64,000 bases of DNA from Auanema rhodensis (Eukaryota; Animalia; Nematoda), in NCBI GenBank assembly GCA_964057225.1, contig OZ059895.1:21824001-21888000 (forward strand), in the 5' to 3' direction. Positions 26,101-40,300 of the stretch are shown piece after piece (the stretch's first letter is position 1; each line of letters opens with the position of its first letter). A program made the translations under genes and the position numbers. The notes beneath the pieces are model-generated. The model was not told the DNA's origin, made no database searches, and saw nothing but the letters and a program-made list of their open reading frames with translations.

Positions 26101-26320
26101 TTTTGAAATTTTTCGAAAAAATTTTTGTCAAAATGTTTTTGGAAGCAATGTTGAGTGTACATGGAAACTCAACATACACTAACGCATCATTTTTCAAAGG
26201 ATCATAACTAATTTTTGTATTAAGCGTTTCTCAATGTAGTATAGTGCATTCGATGCGGATTTTTAAGCTGCGTCGATCTGTGTTATCAGATTTGCGCTAG
26301 CTTAAAAATGCACCGAGATA
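23160..26320. repeat. 2-monomer (702-bp) higher-order periodicity
   Basis: The ACATCTTCG variant (m27C+m31T) occurs at 23190, 23892, 24594, 25296 and 25998. CAAAGGATC occurs at 25497 and 26199. Confidence 0.85.
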
Positions 26321-29300
26321 TCAACTGATATAAGTTCACACTTATATCCTCGATTTTCACCCTGAAGAATTAATTTTTTCGTTGAATAACATTGTCCATC
26401 GTCTTTGCCTTAAAAAAAAAAATCTGAAAACATCTACTTTTTGCTAAATTATTTTGAAATTTTTCGAAAAAATTTTTGTCAAAATGTTTTTGGAAGCAAT
26501 GTTGAGTGTACATGGAAACTCAACATACACTAATGCATCATTTTTCAAACGATCATAACTAATTTTTGTATTAAGCGTTTCTCAATGTAGTATAGTGCAT
26601 TCGATGCGGATTTTTAAGCTGCGTCGATCTGTGTTATCAGATTTGCGCTAGCTTAAAAATGCACCGAGATATCAACTGATATAAGTTCACACTTATATCC
26701 TCGATTTTCACCCTGAAGAATTAATTTTTTCGTTGAATAACAATGTCCATCGTCTTTGCCTTGAAAAAAGGAATCTAAAAACATCTACTTTTTGCTAAAT
26801 TATTTTGAAATTTTTCGAAAAAATTTTTGTCAAAATGTTTTTGGAAGCAATGTTGAGTGTACATGGAAACTCAACATACACTAACGCATCATTTTTCAAA
26901 CGATCATAACTAATTTTTGTATTAAGCGTTTCTCAATGTAGTATAGTGCATTCGATGCGGATTTTTAAGCTGCGTCGATCTGTGTTATCAGATTTGCGCT
27001 AGCTTAAAAATGCACCGAGATATCAACTGATATAAGTTCACACTTATATCCTCGATTTTCACCCTGAAGAATTAATTTTTTCGTTGAATAACATTGTCCA
27101 TCGTCTTTGCCTTAAAAAAAAAAATCTGAAAACATCTACTTTTTGCTAAATTATTTTGAAATTTTTCGAAAAAATTTTTGTCAAAATGTTTTTGGAAGCA
27201 ATGTTGAGTGTACATGGAAACTCAACATACACTAATGCATCATTTTTCAAACGATCATAACTAATTTTTGTATTAAGCGTTTCTCAATGTAGTATAGTGC
27301 ATTCGATGCGGATTTTTAAGCTGCGTCGATCTGTGTTATCAGATTTGCGCTAGCTTAAAAATGCACCGAGATATCAACTGATATAAGTTCACACTTATAT
27401 CCTCGATTTTCACCCTGAAGAATTAATTTTTTCGTTGAATAACAATGTCCATCGTCTTTGCCTTGAAAAAAGGAATCTAAAAACATCTACTTTTTGCTAA
27501 ATTATTTTGAAATTTTTCGAAAAAATTTTTGTCAAAATGTTTTTGGAAGCAATGTTGAGTGTACATGGAAACTCAACATACACTAACGCATCATTTTTCA
27601 AACGATCATAACTAATTTTTGTATTAAGCGTTTCTCAATGTAGTATAGTGCATTCGATGCGGATTTTTAAGCTGCGTCGATCTGTGTTATCAGATTTGCG
27701 CTAGCTTAAAAATGCACCGAGATATCAACTGATATAAGTTCACACTTACATCTTCGATTTTCACCCTGAAGAATTAATTTTTTCGTTGAATAACAATGTC
27801 CATCGTCTTTGCCTTGAAAAAAGGAATCTAAAAACATCTACTTTTTGCTAAATTATTTTGAAATTTTTCGAAAAAATTTTTGTCAAAATGTTTTTGGAAG
27901 CAATGTTGAGTGTACATGGAAACTCAACATACACTAACGCATCATTTTTCAAACGATCATAACTAATTTTTGTATTAAGCGTTTCTCAATGTAGTATAGT
28001 GCATTCGATGCGGATTTTTAAGCTGCGTCGATCTGTGTTATCAGATTTGCGCTAGCTTAAAAATGCACCGAGATATCAACTGATATAAGTTCACACTTAT
28101 ATCCTCGATTTTCACCCTGAAGAATTAATTTTTTCGTTGAATAACATTGTCCATCGTCTTTGCCTTGAAAAAAGGAATCTAAAAACATCTACTTTTTGCT
28201 AAATTATTTTGAAATTTTTCGAAAAAATTTTTGTCAAAATGTTTTTGGAAGCAATGTTGAGTGTACATGGAAACTCAACATACACTAACGCATCATTTTT
28301 CAAACGATCATAACTAATTTTTGTATTAAGCGTTTCTCAATGTAGTATAGTGCATTCGATGCGGATTTTTAAGCTGCGTCGATCTGTGTTATCAGATTTG
28401 CGCTAGCTTAAAAATGCACCGAGATATCAACTGATATAAGTTCACACTTATATCCTCGATTTTCACCCTGAAGAATTAATTTTTTCGTTGAATAACATTG
28501 TCCATCGTCTTTGCCTTAAAAAAAAAAATCTGAAAACATCTACTTTTTGCTAAATTATTTTGAAATTTTTCGAAAAAATTTTTGTCAAAATGTTTTTGGA
28601 AGCAATGTTGAGTGTACATGGAAACTCAACATACACTAATGCATCATTTTTCAAACGATCATAACTAATTTTTGTATTAAGCGTTTCTCAATGTAGTATA
28701 GTGCATTCGATGCGGATTTTTAAGCTGCGTCGATCTGTGTTATCAGATTTGCGCTAGCTTAAAAATGCACCGAGATATCAACTGATATAAGTTCACACTT
28801 ATATCCTCGATTTTCACCCTGAAGAATTAATTTTTTCGTTGAATAACAATGTCCATCGTCTTTGCCTTGAAAAAAGGAATCTAAAAACATCTACTTTTTG
28901 CTAAATTATTTTGAAATTTTTCGAAAAAATTTTTGTCAAAATGTTTTTGGAAGCAATGTTGAGTGTACATGGAAACTCAACATACACTAACGCATCATTT
29001 TTCAAACGATCATAACTAATTTTTGTATTAAGCGTTTCTCAATGTAGTATAGTGCATTCGATGCGGATTTTTAAGCTGCGTCGATCTGTGTTATCAGATT
29101 TGCGCTAGCTTAAAAATGCACCGAGATATCAACTGATATAAGTTCACACTTACATCTTCGATTTTCACCCTGAAGAATTAATTTTTTCGTTGAATAACAA
29201 TGTCCATCGTCTTTGCCTTGAAAAAAGGAATCTAAAAACATCTACTTTTTGCTAAATTATTTTGAAATTTTTCGAAAAAATTTTTGTCAAAATGTTTTTG

Positions 29301-32300
29301 GAAGCAATGTTGAGTGTACATGGAAACTCAACATACACTAACGCATCATTTTTCAAACGATCATAACTAATTTTTGTATTAAGCGTTTCTCAATGTAGTA
29401 TAGTGCATTCGATGCGGATTTTTAAGCTGCGTCGATCTGTGTTATCAGATTTGCGCTAGCTTAAAAATGCACCGAGATATCAACTGATATAAGTTCACAC
29501 TTATATCCTCGATTTTCACCCTGAAGAATTAATTTTTTCGTTGAATAACATTGTCCATCGTCTTTGCCTTGAAAAAAGGAATCTAAAAACATCTACTTTT
29601 TGCTAAATTATTTTGAAATTTTTCGAAAAAATTTTTGTCAAAATGTTTTTGGAAGCAATGTTGAGTGTACATGGAAACTCAACATACACTAACGCATCAT
29701 TTTTCAAACGATCATAACTAATTTTTGTATTAAGCGTTTCTCAATGTAGTATAGTGCATTCGATGCGGATTTTTAAGCTGCGTCGATCTGTGTTATCAGA
29801 TTTGCGCTAGCTTAAAAATGCACCGAGATATCAACTGATATAAGTTCACACTTACATCTTCGATTTTCACCCTGAAGAATTAATTTTTTCGTTGAATAAC
29901 AATGTCCATCGTCTTTGCCTTGAAAAAAGGAATCTAAAAACATCTACTTTTTGCTAAATTATTTTGAAATTTTTCGAAAAAATTTTTGTCAAAATGTTTT
30001 TGGAAGCAATGTTGAGTGTACATGGAAACTCAACATACACTAACGCATCATTTTTCAAAGGATCATAACTAATTTTTGTATTAAGCGTTTCTCAATGTAG
30101 TATAGTGCATTCGATGCGGATTTTTAAGCTGCGTCGATCTGTGTTATCAGATTTGCGCTAGCTTAAAAATGCACCGAGATATCAACTGATATAAGTTCAC
30201 ACTTATATCCTCGATTTTCACCCTGAAGAATTAATTTTTTCGTTGAATAACATTGTCCATCGTCTTTGCCTTAAAAAAAAAAATCTGAAAACATCTACTT
30301 TTTGCTAAATTATTTTGAAATTTTTCGAAAAAATTTTTGTCAAAATGTTTTTGGAAGCAATGTTGAGTGTACATGGAAACTCAACATACACTAATGCATC
30401 ATTTTTCAAACGATCATAACTAATTTTTGTATTAAGCGTTTCTCAATGTAGTATAGTGCATTCGATGCGGATTTTTAAGCTGCGTCGATCTGTGTTATCA
30501 GATTTGCGCTAGCTTAAAAATGCACCGAGATATCAACTGATATAAGTTCACACATATCCTCGATTTTCACCCTGAAGAATTAATTTTTTCGTTGAATAAC
30601 ATTGTCCATCGTCTTTGCCTTGAAAAAAGGAATCTAAAAACATCTACTTTTTGCTAAATTATTTTGAAATTTTTCGAAAAAATTTTTGTCAAAATGTTTT
30701 TGGAAGCAATGTTGAGTGTACATGGAAACTCAACATACACTAATGCATCATTTTTCAAACGATCATAACTAATTTTTGTATTGAGCGTTTCTCATTGAAG
30801 TATAGTGCATTCGATGCGGATTTTTAAGCTGCGTCGATCTGTGTTATCAGATTTGCGCTAGCTTAAAAATGCACCGAGATATCAACTGATATAAGTTCAC
30901 ACTTATATCCTCGATTTTCACCCTGAAGAATTAATTTTTTCGTTGAATAACATTGTCCATCGTCTTTGCCTTGAAAAAAGGAATCTAAAAACATCTACTT
31001 TTTGCTAAATTATTTTGAAATTTTTCGAAAAAATTTTTGTCAAAATGTTTTCGGAAGCAATGTTGAGTGTACATGGAAACTCAACATACACTAATGCATC
31101 ATTTTTCAAACGATCATAACTAATTTTTGTATTGAGCGTTTCTCATTGAAGTATAGTGCATTCGATGCGGATTTTTAAGCTGCGTCGATCTGTGTTATCA
31201 GATTTGCGCTAGCTTAAAAATGCACCGAGATATCAACTGATATAAGTTCACACTTATATCCTCGATTTTCACCCTGAAGAATTAATTTTTTCGTTGAATA
31301 ACATTGTCCATCGTCTTTGCCTTGAAAAAAGGAATCTAAAAACATCTACTTTTTGCTAAATTATTTTGAAATTTTTCGAAAAAATTTTTGTCAAAATGTT
31401 TTTGGAAGCAATGTTGAGTGTACATGGAAACTCAACATACACTAATGCATCATTTTTCAAACGATCATAACTAATTTTTGTATTGAGCGTTTCTCATTGT
31501 AGTATAGTGCATTCGATGCGGATTTTTGAGCTGCGTCGATCTGTGTTATCAGATTTGCGCTAGCTTAAAAATGCACCGAGATATCAACTGATATAAGTTC
31601 ACACTTATATCCTCGATTTTCACCCTGAAGAATTAATTTTTTCGTTGAATAATATTGTCCATCGTCTTTGCCTTAAAAAAAAAATCTGAAAACATCTACT
31701 TTTTGCTAAGTTATTTTGAAATTTTTCGAAAAAATTTTTGTCAAAATGTTTTTGGAAGCAATGTTGAGTGTACATGGAAACTCAACATACACTAATGCAT
31801 CATTTTTCAAACGATCATAACTAATTTTTGTATTGAGCGTTTCTCATTGTAGTATAGTGCATTCGATGCGGATTTTTGAGCTGCGTCGATCTGTGTAATC
31901 AGATTTGCGCTAGCTTAAAAATGCACCGAGATATCAACTGATATAAGTTCACACTTATATCCTCGATTTTCACCCTGAAGAATTAATTTTTTCGTTGAAT
32001 AACATTGTCCATCGTCTTTGCCTTAAAAAAAAAAATCTGAAAACATCTACTTTTTGCTAAATTATTTTGAAATTTTTCGAAAAAATTTTTGTCAAAATGT
32101 TTTTGGAAGCAATGTTGAGTGTACATGGAAACTCAACATACACTAATGCATCATTTTTCAAACGATCATAACTAATTTTTGTATTGAGCGTTTCTCATTG
32201 AAGTATAGTGCATTCGATGCGGATTTTTAAGCTGCGTCGATCTGTGTTATCAGATTTGCGCTAGCTTAAAAATGCACCGAGATATCAACTGATATAAGTT

Positions 32301-33719
32301 CACACTTATATCCTCGATTTTCACCCTGAAGAATTAATTTTTTCGTTGAATAACATTGTCCATCGTCTTTGCCTTAAAAAAAAAAATCTGAAAACATCTA
32401 CTTTTTGCTAAATTATTTTGAAATTTTTCGAAAAAATTTTTGTCAAAATGTTTTTGGAAGCAATGTTGAGTGTACATGGAAACTCAACATACACTAATGC
32501 ATCATTTTTCAAACGATCATAACTAATTTTTGTATTAAGCGTTTCTCAATGTAGTATAGTGCATTCGATGCGGATTTTTAAGCTGCGTCGATCTGTGTTA
32601 TCAGATTTGCGCTAGCTTAAAAATGCACCGAGATATCAACTGATATAAGTTCACACATATCCTCGATTTTCACCCTAAAGAATTAATTTTTTCGTTGAAT
32701 AACATTGTCCATCGTCTTTGCCTTGAAAAAAGGAATCTAAAAACATCTACTTTTTGCTAAATTATTTTGAAATTTTTCGAAAAAATTTTTGTCAAAATGT
32801 TTTTGGAAGCAATGTTGAGTGTACATGGAAACTCAACATACACTAATGCATCATTTTTCAAACGATCATAACTAATTTTTGTATTGAGCGTTTCTCATTG
32901 AAGTATAGTGCATTCGATGCGGATTTTTAAGCTGCGTCGATCTGTGTTATCAGATTTGCGCTAGCTTAAAAATGCACCGAGATATCAACTGATATAAGTT
33001 CACACTTATATCCTCGATTTTCACCCTGAAGAATTAATTTTTTCGTTGAATAACATTGTCCATCGTCTTTGCCTTGAAAAAAGGAATCTAAAAACATCTA
33101 CTTTTTGCTAAATTATTTTGAAATTTTTCGAAAAAATTTTTGTCAAAATGTTTTTGGAAGCAATGTTGAGTGTACATGGAAACTCAACATACACTAATGC
33201 ATCATTTTTCAAACGATCATAACTAATTTTTGTATTAAGCGTTTCTCAATGTAGTATAGTGCATTCGATGCGGATTTTTAAGCTGCGTCGATCTGTGTTA
33301 TCAGATTTGCGCTAGCTTAAAAATGCACCGAGATATCAACTGATATAAGTTCACACTTATATCCTCGATTTTCACCCTGAAGAATTAATTTTTTCGTTGA
33401 ATAACATTGTCCATCGTCTTTGCCTTGAAAAAAGGAATCTAAAAACATCTACTTTTTGCTAAATTATTTTGAAATTTTTCGAAAAAATTTTTGTCAAAAT
33501 GTTTTTGGAAGCAATGTTGAGTGTACATGGAAACTCAACATACACTAATGCATCATTTTTCAAACGATCATAACTAATTTTTGTATTGAGCGTTTCTCAT
33601 TGTAGTATAGTGCATTCGATGCGGATTTTTGAGCTGCGTCGATCTGTGTTATCAGATTTGCGCTAGCTTAAAAATGCACCGAGATATCAACTGATATAAG
33701 TTCACACTTATATCCTCGA

Positions 33720-36700
33720 TTTTCACCCTAAAGAATTAATTTTTTCGTTGAATAACATTGTCCATCGTCTTTGCCTTGAAAAAAGGAATCTAAAAACATC
33801 TACTTTTTGCTAAATTATTTTGAAATTTTTCGAAAAAATTTTTGTCAAAATGTTTTTGGAAGCAATGTTGAGTGTACATGGAAACTCAACATACACTAAT
33901 GCATCATTTTTCAAACGATCATAACTAATTTTTGTATTGAGCGTTTCTCATTGAAGTATAGTGCATTCGATGCGGATTTTTAAGCTGCGTCGATCTGTGT
34001 TATCAGATTTGCGCTAGCTTAAAAATGCACCGAGATATCAACTGATATAAGTTCACACTTATATCCTCGATTTTCACCCTGAAGAATTAATTTTTTCGTT
34101 GAATAACATTGTCCATCGTCTTTGCCTTGAAAAAAGGAATCTAAAAACATCTACTTTTTGCTAAATTATTTTGAAATTTTTCGAAAAAATTTTTGTCAAA
34201 ATGTTTTTGGAAGCAATGTTGAGTGTACATGGAAACTCAACATACACTAATGCATCATTTTTCAAACGATCATAACTAATTTTTGTATTGAGCGTTTCTC
34301 ATTGTAGTATAGTGCATTCGATGCGGATTTTTGAGCTGCGTCGATCTGTGTTATCAGATTTGCGCTAGCTTAAAAATGCACCGAGATATCAACTGATATA
34401 AGTTCACACTTATATCCTCGATTTTCACCCTGAAGAATTAATTTTTTCGTTGAATAATATTGTCCATCGTCTTTGCCTTAAAAAAAAAATCTGAAAACAT
34501 CTACTTTTTGCTAAATTATTTTGAAATTTTTCGAAAAAATTTTTGTCAAAATGTTTTTGGAAGCAATGTTGAGTGTACATGGAAACTCAACATACACTAA
34601 TGCATCATTTTTCAAACGATCATAACTAATTTTTGTATTGAGCGTTTCTCATTGTAGTATAGTGCATTCGATGCGGATTTTTGAGCTGCGTCGATCTGTG
34701 TAATCAGATTTGCGCTAGCTTAAAAATGCACCGAGATATCAACTGATATAAGTTCACACTTATATCCTCGATTTTCACCCTGAAGAATTAATTTTTTCGT
34801 TGAATAACATTGTCCATCGTCTTTGCCTTAAAAAAAAAAATCTGAAAACATCTACTTTTTGCTAAATTATTTTGAAATTTTTCGAAAAAATTTTTGTCAA
34901 AATGTTTTTGGAAGCAATGTTGAGTGTACATGGAAACTCAACATACACTAATGCATCATTTTTCAAACGATCATAACTAATTTTTGTATTAAGCGTTTCT
35001 CAATGTAATATAGTGCATTCGATGCGGATTTTTAAGCTGCGTCGATCTGTGTTATCAGATTTGCGCTAGCTTAAAAATGCACCGAGATATCAACTGATAT
35101 AAGTTCACACTTATATCCTCGATTTTCACCCTGAAGAATTAATTTTTTCGTTGAATAACATTGTCCATCGTCTTTGCCTTGAAAAAAAAAATCTGAAAAC
35201 ATCTACTTTTTGCTAAATTATTTTGAAATTTTTCGAAAAAATTTTTGTCAAAATGTTTTTGGAAGCAATGTTGAGTGTACATGGAAACTCAACATACACT
35301 AATGCATCATTTTTCAAACGATCATAACTAATTTTTGTATTAAGCGTTTCTCAATGTAGTATAGTGCATTCGATGCGGATTTTTAAGCTGCGTCGATCTG
35401 TGTTATCAGATTTGCGCTAGCTTAAAAATGCACCGAGATATCAACTGATATAAGTTCACACTTATATCCTCGATTTTCACCCTGAAGAATTAATTTTTTC
35501 GTTGAATAACATTGTCCATCGTCTTTGCCTTGAAAAAAAAAATCTGAAAACATCTACTTTTTGCTAAATTATTTTGAAATTTTTCGAAAAAATTTTTGTC
35601 AAAATGTTTTTGGAAGCAATGTTGAGTGTACATGGAAACTCAACATACACTAATGCATCATTTTTCAAACGATCATAACTAATTTTTGTATTAAGCGTTT
35701 CTCAATGTAGTATAGTGCATTCGATGCGGATTTTTAAGCTGCGTCGATCTGTGTTATCAGATTTGCGCTAGCTTAAAAATGCACCGAGATATCAACTGAT
35801 ATAAGTTCACACTTATATCCTCGATTTTCACCCTGAAGAATTAATTTTTTCGTTGAATAACATTGTCCATCGTCTTTGCCTTGAAAAAAGGAATCTAAAA
35901 ACATCTACTTTTTGCTAAATTATTTTGAAATTTTTCGAAAAAATTTTTGTCAAAATGTTTTTGGAAGCAATGTTGAGTGTACATGGAAACTCAACATACA
36001 CTAATGCATCATTTTTCAAACGATCATAACTAATTTTTGTATTGAGCGTTTCTCATTGTAGTATAGTGCATTCGATGCGGATTTTTGAGCTGCGTCGATC
36101 TGTGTTATCAGATTTGCGCTAGCTTAAAAATGCACCGAGATATCAACTGATATAAGTTCACACTTATATCCTCGATTTTCACCCTGAAGAATTAATTTTT
36201 TCGTTGAATAACATTGTCCATCGTCTTTGCCTTGAAAAAAAAAATCTGAAAACATCTACTTTTTGCTAAATTATTTTGAAATTTTTCGAAAAAATTTTTG
36301 TCAAAATGTTTTTGGAAGCAATGTTGAGTGTACATGGAAACTCAACATACACTAATGCATCATTTTTCAAACGATCATAACTAATTTTTGTATTAAGCGT
36401 TTCTCAATGTAGTATAGTGCATTCGATGCGGATTTTTAAGCTGCGTCGATCTGTGTTATCAGATTTGCGCTAGCTTAAAAATGCACCGAGATATCAACTG
36501 ATATAAGTTCACACTTATATCCTCGATTTTCACCCTGAAGAATTAATTTTTTCGTTGAATAACATTGTCCATCGTCTTTGCCTTGAAAAAAAAATCTGAA
36601 AACATCTACTTTTTGCTAAATTATTTTGAAATTTTTCGAAAAAATTTTTGTCAAAATGTTTTTGGAAGCAATGTTGAGTGTACATGGAAACTCAACATAC

Positions 36701-39700
36701 ACTAATGCATCATTTTTCAAACGATCATAACTAATTTTTGTATTGAGCGTTTCTCATTGTAGTATAGTGCATTCGATGCGGATTTTTGAGCTGCGTCGAT
36801 CTGTGTTATCAGATTTGCGCTAGCTTAAAAATGCACCGAGATATCAACTGATATAAGTTCACACTTATATCCTCGATTTTCACCCTGAAGAATTAATTTT
36901 TTCGTTGAATAACAATGTCCATCGTCTTTGCCTTGAAAAAAGGAATCTAAAAACATCTACTTTTTGCTAAATTATTTTGAAATTTTTCGAAAAAATTTTT
37001 GTCAAAATGTTTTTGGAAGCAATGTTGAGTGTACATGGAAACTCAACATACACTAACGCATCATTTTTCAAACGATCATAACTAATTTTTGTATTAAGCG
37101 TTTCTCAATGTAGTATAGTGCATTCGATGCGGATTTTTAAGCTGCGTCGATCTGTGTTATCAGATTTGCGCTAGCTTAAAAATGCACCGAGATATCAACT
37201 GATATAAGTTCACACTTATATCCTCGATTTTCACCCTGAAGAATTAATTTTTTCGTTGAATAACATTGTCCATCGTCTTTGCCTTGAAAAAAGGAATCTA
37301 AAAACATCTACTTTTTGCTAAATTATTTTGAAATTTTTCGAAAAAATTTTTGTCAAAATGTTTTTGGAAGCAATGTTGAGTGTACATGGAAACTCAACAT
37401 ACACTAATGCATCATTTTTCAAACGATCATAACTAATTTTTGTATTGAGCGTTTCTCATTGTAGTATAGTGCATTCGATGCGGATTTTTGAGCTGCGTCG
37501 ATCTGTGTTATCAGATTTGCGCTAGCTTAAAAATGCACCGAGATATCAACTGATATAAGTTCACACTTATATCCTCGATTTTCACCCTGAAGAATTAATT
37601 TTTTCGTTGAATAATATTGTCCATCGTCTTTGCCTTAAAAAAAAAATCTGAAAACATCTACTTTTTGCTAAATTATTTTGAAATTTTTCGAAAAAATTTT
37701 TGTCAAAATGTTTTTGGAAGCAATGTTGAGTGTACATGGAAACTCAACATACACTAATGCATCATTTTTCAAACGATCATAACTAATTTTTGTATTGAGC
37801 GTTTCTCATTGTAGTATAGTGCATTCGATGCGGATTTTTGAGCTGCGTCGATCTGTGTAATCAGATTTGCGCTAGCTTAAAAATGCACCGAGATATCAAC
37901 TGATATAAGTTCACACTTATATCCTCGATTTTCACCCTGAAGAATTAATTTTTTCGTTGAATAACATTGTCCATCGTCTTTGCCTTAAAAAAAAAAATCT
38001 GAAAACATCTACTTTTTGCTAAATTATTTTGAAATTTTTCGAAAAAATTTTTGTCAAAATGTTTTTGGAAGCAATGTTGAGTGTACATGGAAACTCAACA
38101 TACACTAACGCATCATTTTTCAAACGATCATAACTAATTTTTGTATTAAGCGTTTCTCAATGTAGTATAGTGCATTCGATGCGGATTTTTAAGCTGCGTC
38201 GATCTGTGTTATCAGATTTGCGCTAGCTTAAAAATGCACCGAGATATCAACTGATATAAGTTCACACTTATATCCTCGATTTTCACCCTGAAGAATTAAT
38301 TTTTTCGTTGAATAACATTGTCCATCGTCTTTGCCTTAAAAAAAAAAATCTGAAAACATCTACTTTTTGCTAAATTATTTTGAAATTTTTCGAAAAAATT
38401 TTTGTCAAAATGTTTTTGGAAGCAATGTTGAGTGTACATGGAAACTCAACATACACTAATGCATCATTTTTCAAACGATCATAACTAATTTTTGTATTAA
38501 GCGTTTCTCAATGTAGTATAGTGCATTCGATGCGGATTTTTAAGCTGCGTCGATCTGTGTTATCAGATTTGCGCTAGCTTAAAAATGCACCGAGATATCA
38601 ACTGATATAAGTTCACACTTATATCCTCGATTTTCACCCTGAAGAATTAATTTTTTCGTTGAATAACAATGTCCATCGTCTTTGCCTTGAAAAAAGGAAT
38701 CTAAAAACATCTACTTTTTGCTAAATTATTTTGAAATTTTTCGAAAAAATTTTTGTCAAAATGTTTTTGGAAGCAATGTTGAGTGTACATGGAAACTCAA
38801 CATACACTAATGCATCATTTTTCAAACGATCATAACTAATTTTTGTATTAAGCGTTTCTCAATGTAGTATAGTGCATTCGATGCGGATTTTTAAGCTGCG
38901 TCGATCTGTGTTATCAGATTTGCGCTAGCTTAAAAATGCACCGAGATATCAACTGATATAAGTTCACACATATCCTCGATTTTCACCCTAAAGAATTAAT
39001 TTTTTCGTTGAATAACATTGTCCATCGTCTTTGCCTTGAAAAAAGGAATCTAAAAACATCTACTTTTTGCTAAATTATTTTGAAATTTTTCGAAAAAATT
39101 TTTGTCAAAATGTTTTTGGAAGCAATGTTGAGTGTACATGGAAACTCAACATACACTAATGCATCATTTTTCAAACGATCATAACTAATTTTTGTATTGA
39201 GCGTTTCTCATTGAAGTATAGTGCATTCGATGCGGATTTTTAAGCTGCGTCGATCTGTGTTATCAGATTTGCGCTAGCTTAAAAATGCACCGAGATATCA
39301 ACTGATATAAGTTCACACTTATATCCTCGATTTTCACCCTGAAGAATTAATTTTTTCGTTGAATAACATTGTCCATCGTCTTTGCCTTGAAAAAAGGAAT
39401 CTAAAAACATCTACTTTTTGCTAAATTATTTTGAAATTTTTCGAAAAAATTTTTGTCAAAATGTTTTTGGAAGCAATGTTGAGTGTACATGGAAACTCAA
39501 CATACACTAATGCATCATTTTTCAAACGATCATAACTAATTTTTGTATTGAGCGTTTCTCATTGTAGTATAGTGCATTCGATGCGGATTTTTGAGCTGCG
39601 TCGATCTGTGTTATCAGATTTGCGCTAGCTTAAAAATGCACCGAGATATCAACTGATATAAGTTCACACTTATATCCTCGATTTTCACCCTGAAGAATTA

Positions 39701-40300
39701 ATTTTTTCGTTGAATAATATTGTCCATCGTCTTTGCCTTAAAAAAAAAATCTGAAAACATCTACTTTTTGCTAAATTATTTTGAAATTTTTCGAAAAAAT
39801 TTTTGTCAAAATGTTTTTGGAAGCAATGTTGAGTGTACATGGAAACTCAACATACACTAATGCATCATTTTTCAAACGATCATAACTAATTTTTGTATTG
39901 AGCGTTTCTCATTGTAGTATAGTGCATTCGATGCGGATTTTTGAGCTGCGTCGATCTGTGTAATCAGATTTGCGCTAGCTTAAAAATGCACCGAGATATC
40001 AACTGATATAAGTTCACACTTATATCCTCGATTTTCACCCTGAAGAATTAATTTTTTCGTTGAATAACAATGTCCATCGTCTTTGCCTTGAAAAAAGGAG
40101 TCTAAAAACATCTACTTTTTGCTAAATTATTCTGAAATTTTTCGAAAAAATTTTTGTCAAAATGTTTTTGGAAGCAATGTTGAGTGTACATGGAAACTCA
40201 ACATACACTAATGCATCATTTTTCAAACGATCATAACTAATTTTTGTATTAAGCGTTTCTCAATGTAATATAGTGCATTCGATGCGGATTTTTAAGCTGC
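33720..40300. repeat. 15-monomer-offset (5260-bp) duplication of a variant block
   Basis: Five rare variants recur at exactly +5260: CCCTAAAG 33730/38990, CATTGAAG 33954/39214, AATAATATT 34458/39718, TGTAATCAG 34702/39962, TGTAATATAG 35008/40268. Confidence 0.85.
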
